NCBI GenBank assembly: GCA_964016885.1
Contig: OZ024741.1
Span: 139,934,001-139,998,000, forward strand
DNA: 64,000 bases
Source: Eledone cirrhosa
Lineage: Eukaryota
Direction: 5' to 3'
The notes beneath the pieces were generated by a model, which did not search any database, had not been told where the DNA came from, and worked only from the letters and a program-made list of their open reading frames with translations. A program made the translations under genes and the position numbers. Shown here in pieces: positions 28,923-44,224 of this stretch (the stretch's first letter is position 1; each line of letters starts with the position of its first letter).

Positions 28923-30143
28923 TAAGATGCTCAAAATACGTGACATTTAAACTAATTTAATTATAACACTGGTAAAATATTAATGATATGAAACAAACAA
29001 TAAGCGCAGCTTTTTTCATCTATGCAATAATGGTTAATGAATTCGCAAAGCAATTTACGAAAGTTAGAATTATATTTGAAAGTAACTAACAACGAAAGTA
29101 AAATAGTAAATATTTTAGTGTAACAAATTTAAGAACAACGTTAATTGTTTTACTTAATTCAACGAGAACAGTCAATAGGCACATTGTGTGCATAGCTCAT
29201 TCAAAATTGGAAACTACTTTACTTGGAACTGAACATAATGACACGCACATATAGACTTTATAAGTTTCATCAAGGAATATCCACCTGTTTGGAAAACGTT
29301 CGACAATTATCATTCTAGAACGATAGACTGTGGACTGGGAGGATCGTCAGAGTGGTGGACAAAATTTATTGCAAAATTATTCTGATTTCTTACATAGGCC
29401 AAATTGCGCCGGGGTAAACTTTGCTTTTCATTCATCCTGGGACAATTAAATGGAGTATCAATGTCAGGGTTGATGTGATTGACTCAACTCGAAAATCTGT
29501 TGTCATTGCGTCTAAGTTGGAAAAATGACTTATTCAAGTATAACATGATTATAGTAGCAGGTTCAATCTTCTCTTGGCGTATATAAAACATCAGAAACCG
29601 AGCCAACGAATCCCGAGACGTGCCGAAGCCTCTATTGGATAAGATATAAACAGAAATAGAAGACAGATCACCTTCAAATCATAGCAAAAATTCTTCGATA
29701 AAGAAAAAACAAACATGTTATAATATGGATACAAATACGACTGATGAAGTGGAAGGAGTACTGCATTCATTTATGGTGTATCTCGTGTATTTAGAACTGG
29801 CATAGTCCATTCCTCAAACAGAAGAATTGCGAGACATTGAGAAACGTACATACAGAGAAAAACGTCCAATCTGCTGGAACAGTACATTTCTACTCGACCT
29901 GGAAGAAATGAAAGAACAGTGTGACCTCCACATGATTTGAACTCAGAGCACAAATAAGAGGTATATATACGTATGTGTGTGTGTGTCTATATATATATAT
30001 ATGTGTGTGTATTTTGTATGCATATATTATGTATAAGATACCAATATTTCCCTTTAAAATGATTCTATTGCATATTGAAAGATACATATTTGTGCCACTT
30101 ATAATAATCAACAACATTACCGAATAACCTACACACATACACG

Positions 30144-30189
<46 letters not shown>

Positions 30190-30190
30190 C

Positions 30191-30830
30191 ATGGTGGCTG
30201 CCAACTCGTTTTCGAGTACGGCCACTACTCTATATACATGTAGGAGAACCACTACCGATGCGCTGAACGAGTGTGACTTTTTAGTCCAGCCTGCGACTTC
30301 AAAACTCTGGTACAAACACTACACTTATGACAATTATTGACACATAGTGCAGGGCTCATGGTACCATGTGACGACAACTGCAGAGATATCTCCTGATACA
30401 AAGTAATGCCTGTGCCGTGAAGGTTTTATAGTGAGAAAAGGCACTGCACAAAGCCACTCCCACTCTCTTAACCAAGATGATATTTACAAAAACGAAGAAC
30501 AAGTCAACATCATTGGATACCATCAGGGTTGCAGGTGTTATGTCAGAGTTTTCCTTCTCCTAGAATTCTGCCTTGACAAAGGCTAAAGGGTCATCTCTCC
30601 CGGTGATTTTGGATGGCCATTGATTCTTAAGAGCTCCTTTGCCCTTTGACAGGTTTTGTTTTAGTCCTGCAGGATGCCCAAAGTCACCCTCCTCACCAAG
30701 AAACCTTGGTGGGGTTGCCAGTTTAGTCGCCAATGACCCGACCATGAGACAGGTTGTACTGGGATACATCTTACCAGTAGCACCAACTGGTGACCTGACA
30801 TATATATACATACATACATACATACATACA
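30191..30830 (+). mobile_element. ~610-bp non-coding retroposon with (CATA)n tail, probably RTE-mobilised
   Basis: High identity to 47711-48321 and 48418-48723. Starts ATGGTGGCTGCCAACTCG and ends GGTGACCTGAC + (ATAC)n. The RTE link is an inference from the microsatellite tail and an RTE-5'UTR-like TTTTCCTTCTCCTAG...AAGGCTA segment. Confidence 0.8.
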
Positions 30831-30846
30831 CACATACACACACAAA

Positions 30847-30954
<108 letters not shown>

Positions 30955-31223
30955 AAAAGGTAGTTTACTTGAAGCATTGCGTAGTGAGGTAGAAACGTTT
31001 GAAGTTAGAAGGACTTCTGGACTTCTAACTTCAAACGTTTAATATATATATATATATGACAGAGTGTGTTGAAGTCTGCTCGAAGCTTTGTTCAATATGA
31101 AATATGGTCGTGTAACAAAATCAGGTGGCAGTAGGAAGAAACGTAAAAAGAGGCGTAAAAAGGCATAAAAAGAAAACCAGTGATGGAGTTACCTGATATA
31201 TATATGTATACAATAATACACCA

Positions 31224-31273
<50 letters not shown>

Positions 31274-31566
31274 CTTGTATATAAGTAAAAGGAATGCATA
31301 TGTGCATTCATTCGCTTTCTTTCCACATTTCATATGCCATTCTAGCTATATAAATATATATGGTCTTGGATACATTTTGTCCAGGCAATATTTAGTTAAG
31401 TATTTCTGGTCCTATTTTTTTTTCTTTATTCTAATGTAGTTCAGATAAGGTCCCAATAAGGTGCTATTTGTAGCATTCCTGTTGGTCTGTGCATTTACCA
31501 GACACTATGGTCGATAATTTATGTATTGATCAAAATTATATGTAAATATATATATATATATGTGTC

Positions 31567-31661
<95 letters not shown>

Positions 31662-31673
31662 TCTCTCTCACAG

Positions 31674-31705
<32 letters not shown>

Positions 31706-31715
31706 TAACGTTATA

Positions 31716-31761
<46 letters not shown>

Positions 31762-32480
31762 GAGAGAGAGAGAATTCTATAACATGATAAAACAACAGTT
31801 AAGTGTGGCGTTCAGATATTCATTCATAGTTCAAATGTGGTATATTTTATATCCAGAATAACGAGAGATATTTCAGGGGCAAATCCACTTGGTGTACTTC
31901 CGGTCAACTCAGATTTAAATCACCGAGCATATGTTCACAAAGAAGAAGTAACTAATTTCAAACGTTAATAAATTATTTATTTGATCTACACATGTTTCTT
32001 TCCCTTTTATTTATTACTCCCAATATCCTCATGCAGAAATCGTCATGGTCTATTATAAATATAGCATATTAAAATCTTTTTAATTACCGATCGATGTATT
32101 CTTTAACTTCTTGCCCCAGCTGTAAATAGTAAAGAAAGACGTTTCTAGGATTATGGAAGGTTAGAATTATCAGAATTATTTTACGATATTCTTCCTAAAT
32201 TTCGATCTAATTGTTATTAGCAGAAGTTCTATTTGGATTTAATATACTCTATGTCTATTTTACTTCACTATGATGAAGTTATAATCAAGTTTAACATCGA
32301 TATATAGTTTTTTAAGCGTATATTTTGTTAGGTTTGCTATATATACTATTCATATTCGTACATGTAGGCAAATCATATATGTACGAACTCCCACGTCAAT
32401 ACAGGCACCTATTGCACATGCACATACACATACACGCATATGTCTTCACACACACACACACACACATACGCACATATATA

Positions 32481-32547
<67 letters not shown>

Positions 32548-32644
32548 TATATATGTATGTAAAAGGTAATCAGAAATAACAACACAATCAGTATAGTATA
32601 TGGAAGGTATATATTAGATTAACGCTTGATATAGCAGGAAGAGG

Positions 32645-32680
32645 GTTTTAACGTTTCGGACGCTAGTCCTTCATCAGAAG
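32645..32680 (-). ncRNA. Minimal hammerhead ribozyme candidate (family D)
   Basis: Minus strand CTT CTGATGA A GGAC TAGC GTCC GAAACGTTA AAA. Perfect stem II, palindrome AACGTT, weak stem I. Decayed relatives at ~45745-45780 and ~56790-56822. Confidence 0.65.
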
Positions 32681-33560
32681 AAAGAATGAGAAATAAAATA
32701 GATTGAGGGAACGGGTGGGATGGAATTGGAAAAAATGTCTTTAGATAATAATAACAGGTCCATCTCTGGCAAAACTGTTGGTGTTGGCCTTTTGTATATG
32801 ATTTGTTTTTCAGAAAAGTGGATGATGGAGCGCGTCTACCTGAAATGGAAAAAAACGTTTTGTAAAAAGAGCTATACATGAGCACGTGATTAAGCATGTG
32901 TTTGTTTGTGTGTGTGTGAGAGAGAGAGAGAGAGGGGGTGTGTGTGTGAGAGAGATTGTGTGTGTTTGTGTGTGTGTGTGTGTTGTACGAAGCTAAGAAG
33001 AAATGTGTGTGCATGTAAGTACGAAGCTCTGAGCAAAAGTATGTATTAGTTGTAAGAGAAGATCTGCTAATGATCAAGAGAAAGCGATAGGAATTTAAGG
33101 GTGTGATAATGGACGGGGTATTATATACACACACGCATATCTATATAAATATATATATATAAATGAGTGTGTGTGCGTATGTGTTGTGCGAATACATATA
33201 TATCAACAGGCCTTATGTCCATACAAACGTCTACCCATACATAGTCATACCCATACAGATACAATACACATACAATACACATATGCGTACACACATTTAC
33301 AAATAAACGTACATTCAAACCCATAGGTACATATACATTTACATCCACACTTACTCGAAGAATGTCATCCCTAAATATATACATACCTCTACGCCCAAAC
33401 ATACATAAAAATGCATATATGCATATATACACATATTTATATACTCATATACATGCACGCACTCACATACACAACCCTTACAACACATACGTCCTTACAA
33501 CCGCATACGTATCTATATACAACTATATACAAAAAAATCATATTTGCACACATAAATGCG

Positions 33561-33596
<36 letters not shown>

Positions 33597-33602
<6 letters not shown>

Positions 33603-33792
33603 AAGTTTTATTTAAATTGTTGGGTTACAACGAGTAAATATTTATAACTGATATAAAAGCACTCAACAAGTATTTGGAGTATATTTACGATATTAAATAA
33701 ATGGAAACTATATTTAATATGATATCCCTGAAATATATATAATGAAATAAATATGGTTTTATAAATATAGTTTCCATTTATTTAATATCGTA
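33597..33792. mobile_element. Family B short fold-back retaining only the 3' half of the hammerhead
   Basis: Same terminus as 9170 and 53520. Inverted ACGATATTAAATAAATGGAAACTATATTTA arms. GAAATATATATAATGAAAT at ~33730. Confidence 0.75.
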
Positions 33793-34275
33793 TATATATA
33801 TACATATTCTCGGCTCCATACGTGAGCTAATTCTTAATCCCATAAAACTGGCTGTTATTTTTAGCGGCACGAGTATGGAACGTGTTAGGCGCTGCGACAC
33901 ATTTGTTAAGTATTTTGAAGTGAAACTTACCAATTTCTGGATACCTGCAGAAGAGCACAGGAATAGGAACTTTCACTTAATTGTTGCGAAACAAATTTAA
34001 AATTTAAAATTTAAAATTTGTCCAGGTATCACGGCTATTGCCAATATAGGTTTGTTTTTTATTAATTTATTATTTTAAATCGAGACAGGGAAACCGTATT
34101 ATTTTAATTAGTATGTTTTCAATCTAGCTAACTTGGTCATTTGCAATGCAAACACATGTATACTTGTATCAGTGTTTATCCCTATCATATATTCATTTGT
34201 ATTACACGGCTCAAAAATATTCCTTTCCTTGAGCTATTTAATTGTAAAAGACTATTTGAGTTTATAACTCTATAT

Positions 34276-34319
<44 letters not shown>

Positions 34320-34631
34320 CACAAGCCCACATATACGGACCTGCAGATACACCACCCAACCATATGATCTACATGTATCGATATCTTAAATTTACTCTAT
34401 CTACCCACACAACACTTAATTATATATACATATATAAATATAAACATATACATTCATATACACACACGTATATATATGTACACACACACACACACATATA
34501 TATTATATATGCGTGTGTGTGTGTGTGTGCGTGCGTGTGTGTAAGTATGTATGTATGTATTTGTGCATGTATATGAGTACATACTTATGTATGTTTATAT
34601 GTATGTATGTATGTCTCTCTCTCTCTCTATC

Positions 34632-34702
<71 letters not shown>

Positions 34703-35284
34703 CATGCATGTATGTGTATTTAAAACACGGGCATACTTACATATCCATAAATACACTTACACATATGTGTATCTATATGTGCATGCACAGTCATATATAT
34801 ATATATACCTACGTACCTACCTCTACATAAATATATATAACCATATACACACACATATTTACATATGTTTAAAAACGAACATACAGTTACATGCCGATAT
34901 CCATAGACTTATATCAGTGCACATTTACATACATCGGCCCATATATACATACAAAACCCAATTAGGAATCTCCACCTTCATGTAGCAAGCGGAATTTACA
35001 CATCAATACGTCTCTGCCTCTCATACAATTGAATGCACTGTCTGAAAGCATATCTAATATATATACATACACAAACATACGTATAACCCCTTACCTAATA
35101 CGTTTAAATATTCCCACACTTGTGCACAGAAGCGTTAAACGTTAGTCGTTTAGCTATATAACAGATCCTGCCTTTCTGTCTGATTATGCATAGACTTCAT
35201 GTCAACATTCTGACCCGCAATACGGAATGTTCAAATCAACAAGACGGCCTATAAATATATATATATATATATCATATATATATT

Positions 35285-35340
<56 letters not shown>

Positions 35341-36393
35341 ACCCCACCACTCCACAACTAACACCACTAACACCCCCTGACCCCAAGCACACGAACACAC
35401 GCACCCATTTATACCACCCACCCTACACGCAACTAACATCACTAACACCCCCCAACCCCACACACACGTACACACACACCCACTTCATCAAACTATACAC
35501 ACACCAGTACACCACACTCCCTCCATCGATCCCCACACCCTTCTCTCCCCGCTCCACCCACACCCTTTCTCAAACACTCACTCATCCCACTAAGACCTCT
35601 ACTAATACACCCCCCTCCTCACTCCAACTTTCAAACCTACCCATCCTCGCCCCTTTAACTTTCTACCCTACTGCTGCTATGCCCTCTGACCACCCCCAGC
35701 ACACACAGACACACAGCACTCCTACTGCCTTGACCACTTCCTGTTCCGCGCGCACCCTACATCTCCCCTCTTCCGACCAATCTCTTCACGGATTACTCGT
35801 ATGTGGACCTTGACCGCGGAATCAACTACCATCCTAGGATTTTACTAACCATTCCACCACATCTTATTACGGAATCACCTTTTTGACTCACCCACACACA
35901 CACCCCAAACAATTTATTTTTCCCACACGCCACCTACACCCACAACACGCTTAAACCCCACACACACGTGCGTTCCACCACATATTTACACATTCAGCCT
36001 CCGGATTCCTCTCACCCACCCCCCTATCCACACACGCACACACACTCCGACCTACACCCCACCCCACACACACCTCTTCCTGAACATGCAACCCCGTTCT
36101 TCTCCCAACCCTTGCTTTCACATACACACACACAGACACACACGTACACCTACACACACACACCACCTTCAGCCCTCCCCGCTCAAACACCCCGTCTCCC
36201 TCTCCCCACTCCACCCGCCACCACCCCTACACGACCCACACCCTTCCACCACCTGTTTTACCCCATTTTAATTTTATTTTGATCATGCTTTTATTTTTAA
36301 TTTCATTCGCACCGTTTCCTCCCACCCCTTTTTCACTATATGTCTCTCCACCACTCCCCTACACACCCTTTGAACTCTCTTCCCACACACTTT

Positions 36394-36430
36394 TTACCTG
36401 AAGAAGGGCTTATGCCCGAAACGTCGTTCC
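36394..36430 (+). ncRNA. Minimal hammerhead ribozyme candidate (family E)
   Basis: AC CTGAAGA A GGGC TTAT GCCC GAAA CG TC GT. Stem II is perfect, the palindrome is ACGT and stem I is only 2 bp. AATAAA and (TA)n lie downstream. Confidence 0.6.
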
Positions 36431-36514
36431 CCACCACCACCCCATTCTCAAGAGCGTGAAATTAATAAACATTCGTTGTACTGCCTCTCTGTTTTGTTCC
36501 TGTTCAAATTTCCC

Positions 36515-36560
<46 letters not shown>

Positions 36561-36563
<3 letters not shown>

Positions 36564-37847
36564 CGAAGGAAATGTGGTAAGGAACCAGGTGGACCATAAC
36601 GCACCAAAGTACTCAATACTTGAGGTAGTAGAGTGGGTAATAGGAACCAGTAAGACCCCGACAGCTGAGCTCAAGCCGTTTCGACGGCTAATTCTGGACT
36701 AAATGAAAATTTATCCTGGTATTTAAATAGCCGATCTTCTCAAGGGGTAATTCCATATATGGTCAAAGTGATTGTCAAAAATCAGTAGTAATTCTGTGGT
36801 TGCAAATTAGTAGGGGAGATGGTGGCTAAACCTGCCAGTAGGAGAAAGAGGGGAGGGGGTGGAGTAGACCCAATCAAGCGTTGGTAGTGCCAGCTACAGC
36901 TGGGCATGAGGTCACAGAAGATACAGGGGAGGGGGAGGAAGTCGGAACGGTAGGTAGCACAATGGGGGGTAGAAATATATAGGAAAGAAAAAATACTGAG
37001 AGTGAAGAAAAGCAAATAAGTGTAAAGAAAAAAGTAAAGTAAATTCTACGACCTAGGTCTCTAGCTATTGTTAGGCTAGAATAAATAAATAAATAAATAA
37101 AGAAAGAAAGAAGTAAAGAAAGAAATAAAGAAATAACGAAATAAGTAAAAGAACTAGGTGGGACGGAATAGGCAAGGACCCATTTAAGAGGTATAAGTAC
37201 GTAAATCATACGGTGACGGGTCAACAAAAGGGGCCAAAATACTAAAGAGACTACCACCAAATAAACAATAAAGGTTTCCATCCCGGGCACAATGCCAGCA
37301 ACCACCCAGTGCAGCAAAGTGAACTAGTACGAGATAATAATTCTGAGTCCCGAGAAAAATATATACTAATGCTAACTCTAAAAGATCTAAAACAAGCTAC
37401 ATGAAAGTTCGTACGAAGTAAAGGTAGAATACGGAAAAATAAATTCAGAATCCACCCCGCCTAAAAGAAAAGCGAGGAAAGAAATACTGAAACGAAAAAA
37501 TAAGGCATAAGTGCCACTAAGAAATATAGAGGACACAGAGAATAGTGGGAGCGGTCGGAAAAAGGGGACAAGTATCCGGGGTCTAAACCAACTGCTATAA
37601 AGGGCGGAGTCCGCCAAATCTGTCATAGACTAGGGGAGGGGGTGGGGGTACTAAGGCTACAAGGGGCCAAAGGGCAGCCTCGGGTGGGCGAGAAAAGACG
37701 CCGACAAAGGAGAAGAGCTGGGGTAGAAGGACTAAGGAGAGAGGGGGGAAGGAAATAAAGGAAGCGATAAAAGAATACAAAGAATACATTTAGTCCAGAA
37801 TTAGCCGTCGAAACGGCTTGAGCTCAGCTGTCGGGGTCTTACTGGTT

Positions 37848-37850
<3 letters not shown>
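36561..37850. mobile_element. (TA)n-inserted element with inverted terminal segment (36643-36705 / 37787-37850)
   Basis: The terminus AACGAAGGAAATGTGGTAAGGAACC..GGACCATAACG.ACCA.AGTACTCAATACTT.GGGTAGTAGAGTGGGTAATAGGAA recurs at ~5268-5353, 11140-11265, 40601-40835, ~45330-45475 and 47268-47400. Confidence 0.75.
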
Positions 37851-37891
<41 letters not shown>

Positions 37892-37977
37892 CCGTCCTGT
37901 TGATTTGAACATTCCGTATTGCAATGTGTGCAAGCGAGATTATAGATGATACTATAACCTCGTTAAAATTTAAAAAC

Positions 37978-38029
<52 letters not shown>

Positions 38030-38119
38030 GGAGGGGAGTTGTATTGTAGTACAATAAAGCAATGCAGATATCGGATAATAAGCACTCTACAGTTTGTAGG
38101 ACTGGAGTATACATAATAT

Positions 38120-39045
38120 ATAAGAACAAAAGATGGTTAAAAGAGTTCCATGTATTTTATTATGCGCATTATACATTCTATAATACTTGTTACTCATTCT
38201 TCTCTTCTTCTTTTAATGTCTAACCCCTAATCTGTACCTAACATAGAATCAATTTTAATGTCTAACCCCTAATCTGTGCCTAACATAGAATCAATTATTA
38301 CATAATACAATACATTCTTACTCTATATCACCTTGTAAAATCCTTCGTAAACATATACATTTTTTGACGTTAGACTATTCATCCTCAATTCATTATTCTT
38401 TTCTCCCTTTCATCTAACTCATTCATCTCACAATAGTTCCTTACTTAAATAACCTGTTGTCCCTTTTAATAATACATATCAACATCTTCTTAACATCGCA
38501 CATATTATTAAACCCTTAAACATTATTCTCAATACATATTAGCATTTTCTTTTTTCATCGCACATATTATCAAACCCCTCAATATACAAACCTTAACTTT
38601 ACATTATTTTTCTCTTCGTTAATTTTAAAATTCTTTTAATTTATTCATTGTCTTCCAACGGTTTTCAACCTCTCTATGTAAAACAATATATCTTTCTCAG
38701 TTATAAAAGCTATCTCTCTCTCTCTATCACCCATCTCTACTCCTATCTCATCCTTCCTCATTATACTCCTCCCTCTCCACTTTTTACTCTCATCTCCTCC
38801 TCTTTTTCATCCCCCCCCCCCCCCCTCTAAATAAAATATTTTTCCCAATATCACACATCAATCTAAAACTACTCTTCTCATATGTTGATTTAAAACCGAA
38901 CTATCCACAAGTGTGTTTTAACCTTCATATCATGTCTTCATGTTTTATCTGATGAAAACACAAATATTATTGCATGATGATATTTGTTTTTGAAATGCGC
39001 ATAATAAAATACATGGAACTCTTTTAACCATCTTTTGTTCTTATA
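38120..39045 (+). mobile_element. pLTR-like element (family F) with short inverted 5' copy of its 3' end, between (TA)n tracts
   Basis: 38120-38170 is the reverse complement of ~38993-39045. Hammerhead at 38943-39009. Confidence 0.78.
38943..39009 (+). ncRNA. Type-I hammerhead ribozyme (family F)
   Basis: TTTTAT CTGATGA AAACACAAATATTAT-TGC-ATGATGATATTTGTTTTT GAAA TGCGCA TA ATAAAA. 6-bp stem I, long stem II, palindrome ATGCGCAT. Confidence 0.85.
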
Positions 39046-39048
39046 TAT

Positions 39049-39218
<170 letters not shown>

Positions 39219-39355
39219 GTATGTCCTTTTTCTTATTTAAGTTTATCATATTATTTGTGGTATATAAACATTGAGATTTGATGAAATAAATCACTGCCAA
39301 TACTGGAATTGTATAATCAAGACCATAGCGGTATGTCATATATCAAATCATATAT

Positions 39356-39417
39356 TTTATCTGATGAGGACGTACTGAAAAAACAACACAGTACCTTTGA
39401 AATATATATATAATAAA
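39356..39417 (+). ncRNA. Type-I hammerhead ribozyme (family G) in a ~250-bp solo element between (TA)n tracts
   Basis: TTTAT CTGATGA GGACGTACTG..CAGTACCTTT GAAA TATATATA TA ATAAA. Confidence 0.78.
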
Positions 39418-39463
39418 GCATATATTTTGATTATGTGAATATCTTTCATTTGTTAATATTTTG

Positions 39464-39527
<64 letters not shown>

Positions 39528-39851
39528 TTTCATTTTGTTATGTTTAACGAGGTTATCGTATCATCTATAATCTTCTTGCACATATTGCACACTCATTGAA
39601 GTATGGAATTAAGTTTTAAAGAACAAGATCAGTCCAGAGTGCTAACCAAGTGTATGTTTGCAATATGGCACGTGCACCTAATTCTGGAACTAGGTTTCTA
39701 CAAACACAGAAAGTAACAACTGCAACTTGTCGTAAATTGCATTAGCTTCATCGGCACACAAGGACATATGGAAAGAGAGAAGGATGGAATTTCGCTTTTC
39801 TCTTGTGTACGCGACAGAACTACAAGCACGAAACGATCATCAGCAGCAGAC

Positions 39852-39946
<95 letters not shown>

Positions 39947-40557
39947 CGTGTGCGTGTGCGCGTGAAGATATATGTGCGTAGTACATATATATGTGTATGT
40001 GTGTATAGACAGGGGTCCCTATATATATGATTTGCCTACATGTATGAATAGGAATAACTGTTAGCTATAGTATATATAGCTAAGCTAACAAAATAAAAGC
40101 TGATAAACCCTTGATATTCATGGCCATTACTTGCTTCCGTAGTATTCATAGCATTAACCCTTAAAAAAACTATATATCGAGGTTAAACTTGATAACTTCA
40201 GTAAATATTAATATTGTTGAACTTATAGCAGACAGCTTTTATTAACATGAGAATAGGACTGCGATTAAGAACAGGTAAAATAAATTTTATGACGAGTGAC
40301 GTTAAATAATTCTGACAATTTTAAGCTTCCATAAACATAGACAAATCTTTATTTACTATTTCATGTGGTTAAAGAATACATCGATCGGTAATGAGAAACT
40401 CTTCAATATGCTATATTTATAAAAGATCATGTCGATTTCTTCATAAGGAAAATGAGAGCAATATACGGGAAAGAAGTATGTGTAGTTCAAATACATAATG
40501 TACTAACTGTTGTTGATCTTTGTGATTGTTTCCTTGTTAGTACATATACATATGTGC

Positions 40558-40603
<46 letters not shown>

Positions 40604-40834
40604 CGAAGGAAATGTGGTAAGGAACCACATGGACCATAACGTACCAAAGTACTCAATACTTAGGGTAGTAGAGTGGGTAATAGGAACGAATAGGGCCCCG
40701 ACGGCTAAGCTCAACTCGTTTCGACGGCTAATATATATAGGAACGAGTAGTTCCTATTACCCACTCTACTACCCTAAGTATTGAGTACTTTGGTGCGTTA
40801 TGGTCCACCTGTTTCCTTACCACATTTCCTTCGT

Positions 40835-40865
<31 letters not shown>

Positions 40866-40969
40866 ATGGATAGTCCTGGCTTCTATTTCTAATTCTTTAT
40901 TATATATATCATATATGCAAAAACGCAGCACGCCATTTTTCATTCTTATATATATATATGTATATATAT

Positions 40970-41607
40970 ATATTGTTATATTTGGGGAGGGTCATATTTG
41001 CGTAATATTGCCAGAATTAATAACAGAACACACTCACTGTTTGGTTGGTTTTCGCTTCTCGCTGTCTTTTATATATATATATCTGCGATCTAACTTACTC
41101 GGTCCTCAATGTTGCCATTGACTGACCGGCGGTCAAAAATAAAATAATACAGATACAATATAGACAAACACATATATATATAGTTTACATAAATCTTTCG
41201 TTGCACATCTGCAACATCGTCAGTGGTGTTATATTCATTGTTCCTCCTGTTGTGTTGTATGTCTACGCCATTTTTTTTTGTTCAAAAAAAAAAAAAAAAA
41301 AAAAAATGGCGTAGACATACAACACAACAGGAGGAACAATGAATATAACACCACTGACGATGTTGCAGATGTGCAACGAAAGATTTATGTAAACTATATA
41401 TATATGTGTTTGTCTATATTGTATCTGTATTATTTTATTTTTGACCGCCGGTCAGTCAATGGCAACATTGAGGACCGAGTAAGTTAGATCGCAGATATAT
41501 ATATATAAAAGACAGCGAGAAGCGAAAACCAACCAAACAGTGAGTGTGTTCTGTTATTAATTCTGGCAATATTACGCAAATATGACCCTCCCCAAATATA
41601 ACAATAT
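40970..41607. mobile_element. Near-perfect ~310-bp-arm fold-back with central poly(T)/poly(A); hammerhead-like motif in each arm (family H: 41351-41390 +, 41187-41226 -)
   Basis: The arms are reverse complements. Motif CTGACGA T GTTGCA GATG TGCAAC GAAA GATTTA TG, with a perfect stem II and weak stems I and III. Confidence 0.8.
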
Positions 41608-41752
41608 CTGTTTCGACACACGATTTCATATAAAAAACCTCGCAAAACTAATTCATCGCCGCTATATATATATATATATATAAGAATGAAAAATATATAT
41701 AAGAATGAAAAATATTTACTCGTTGTAAACCAACAATCTTAAATAAAACTTT

Positions 41753-41800
<48 letters not shown>

Positions 41801-41959
41801 TTATGTGTATGTCTGTCTATTTTTGTCTGTAGGCATGTAAATTTGTACAAAATCTAAAAGATAGAAAATCACTCATATATCATTTCTTTGTATCTAGATC
41901 TTGTTATAGCTTCCATGACATTTACGTGACACTCATTGTAATACGATATAATTGTTTCT

Positions 41960-42922
41960 AATATAATTGTTTCTACTTTAGGCACAAGGCCAGCAAATAG
42001 CCAGTGCATTACTGGCACTTTATTTTATCGACCCCGTAAGGATGAAAGGCAAAGTTAACCTCGGCGGGTTTTGAACTCAGACTGTAAAGGGACGTAACTA
42101 TGCTGGAAAGTATGGCGTCCGACCCTCTACCGATACTGCCAATACACCGCCAATTGTTTCTAATATAATTGTTTCTACTTTTTGGCACAAGGCCACAATT
42201 ATCCAGTGCATTACTGGTACTTTATTTTATCGATCCCGTAAAAATAAAAGGCAAAGTTAACTTCGGCGGCATTTGAACCTTGTTTCTAATATAATTGTTT
42301 CTACTTTTTGGCACAAGGCCACAATTACCCAGTATATTACTGGTACTTTATTTTATCGATCCCGTAAGGATGAAAGACAAAGTTAACTTCGGCGGGATTT
42401 GAACCTTGTTTCTAATATAATTGTTTCTACGTTAGGCACAAGGCCAGCAATTACTCAGTATATTACTGGTACTTTATTTTATCGACCCCGTAAGGATGAA
42501 AGGCAAAGTTAACCTCGGCAGCATTTGAACTCAGAATGGCAAGGGCCGTAACTCTATGCGTCAAAGCGTGGCGTCCGACCTTCTACCAATACTGCCAATC
42601 CACCACTAGTATAATTGTTTCTAATTTAGGCACAAGGCCAGCAATTACCCAGTGCATTACTGGTACTTTATTTTATCGACCCCGTAAGGATGAAAGGCAA
42701 ATCAACCTCGGCGGAATTTGAACTCAGATCGTAAAGGGTCATAACTATGCTGGAAAGCATGGTGTTTGACCCTCTACCGATACTGCCAAACCGCTAATAT
42801 AATTGTTTCTACTTTAGGCACAAGGCCAGCAATTACCCAGTGCATTACTAGTACTTTATTTTATCGACCCCGTAAGGATGAAAGGCAAAGTCAACCTCGG
42901 CGGGATTTGAACTCAGATCGTA
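41960..42922 (-). mobile_element. Tandem array of six full or partial SINE copies
   Basis: AATTGTTTCTA.TTT.GGCACAAGGCC starts at ~41965, 42167, 42292, 42419, 42613 and 42801, several joined by TTGTTTCTAATAT. Confidence 0.88.
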
Positions 42923-43656
42923 ATATAATGTTATTTAAACAGCGGAAATGTAACAAATAATAGTTTGCTTTTATTTTTTGCTGTTTCTAATGATTAAATT
43001 TGTTTTTCATATGTTGTTACAAAACGTATCTAAATGTTGTGTATGTAATAATAAATAAAGTGATTTACATGATGAATTTAATTATATATACTTACATTAT
43101 ATTAGTTCAAACATTAGTATACAGTAAGTAATATATGTAGGGAGTCACATACTGTATGTTTATGAAATTCTATTGACACATGCATGGATTTTCACACAAA
43201 ATACAATATCTAAGTCCATACATATATTACGTATATCGTAATTATGTTCTACCAAATACAATATAGTTATATATGAATTAAATTAAGAATTTGAAGTCCT
43301 ACATTTATGTTTTATACGTATTTATTATATTTAAGATTATATCCGAATCATTAAGAAGCTTGATTCACGATCATTATATCACACGTTTGATTTATCTGTT
43401 TTGCTTATTTGACATATATCATTCATCATATCCCCGGCTTGAATCATGCCTTGTAAAAGTAATTGGAGAGAGTGATACTGTTTGAAAGCTTGTCGGATAT
43501 AATGTGCATGTAAGTCTAAATGTGTCACGTAGATGCCCACAAAATATACAGTATTGTGTAATACCGAGGCATTTACACGTTAATTTCATGAGCGGAATGA
43601 ACTTTTGGTCGGACAACAGTCACATGCATTACTGAAAGCGACAGGACTTAATTCAG

Positions 43657-43721
<65 letters not shown>

Positions 43722-43778
43722 ATTATATATATATATGCTTATATATATATATATATGTGCGTGTGTGTGTGTGTGTGT

Positions 43779-43817
<39 letters not shown>

Positions 43818-44079
43818 GGGAATTAGGTGGAGCGAAAATCGCTCTGTATAATCAGATCCTGATTATTACTGGAATTCTATAAGAATCTAGTTTCTATAAA
43901 TTTCGGCGGGAGCAGAGGAGTGCTTGGTTCTGATGACCGCCAACCACCGCCAAACAGACTGTCAGGCTCTCTCCCTTCTTTTGCCGATAATAAGTAGTGA
44001 CGTAGTCACTACTTTAAAACGGATAGAGTATGGTCTTCTAAATGTGTTTTAGTAAGCACACGGTATATTGCCAAATACA

Positions 44080-44132
<53 letters not shown>

Positions 44133-44136
44133 TATG

Positions 44137-44173
<37 letters not shown>

Positions 44174-44224
44174 TTGCAAAAAGAAATGAAGATCTCTAAA
44201 TATTCTCATTATATTCCTGTAGGT

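Noticed and set aside
29735-29790. ACGA CTGATGA ... TCGT hammerhead-like segment
   Set aside because: The GAAA half of the core is absent.
43925-43970. CTGATGA ... CAAA CAGACTG TC motif
   Set aside because: G12 is missing and stem II cannot pair. Not counted as a ribozyme.
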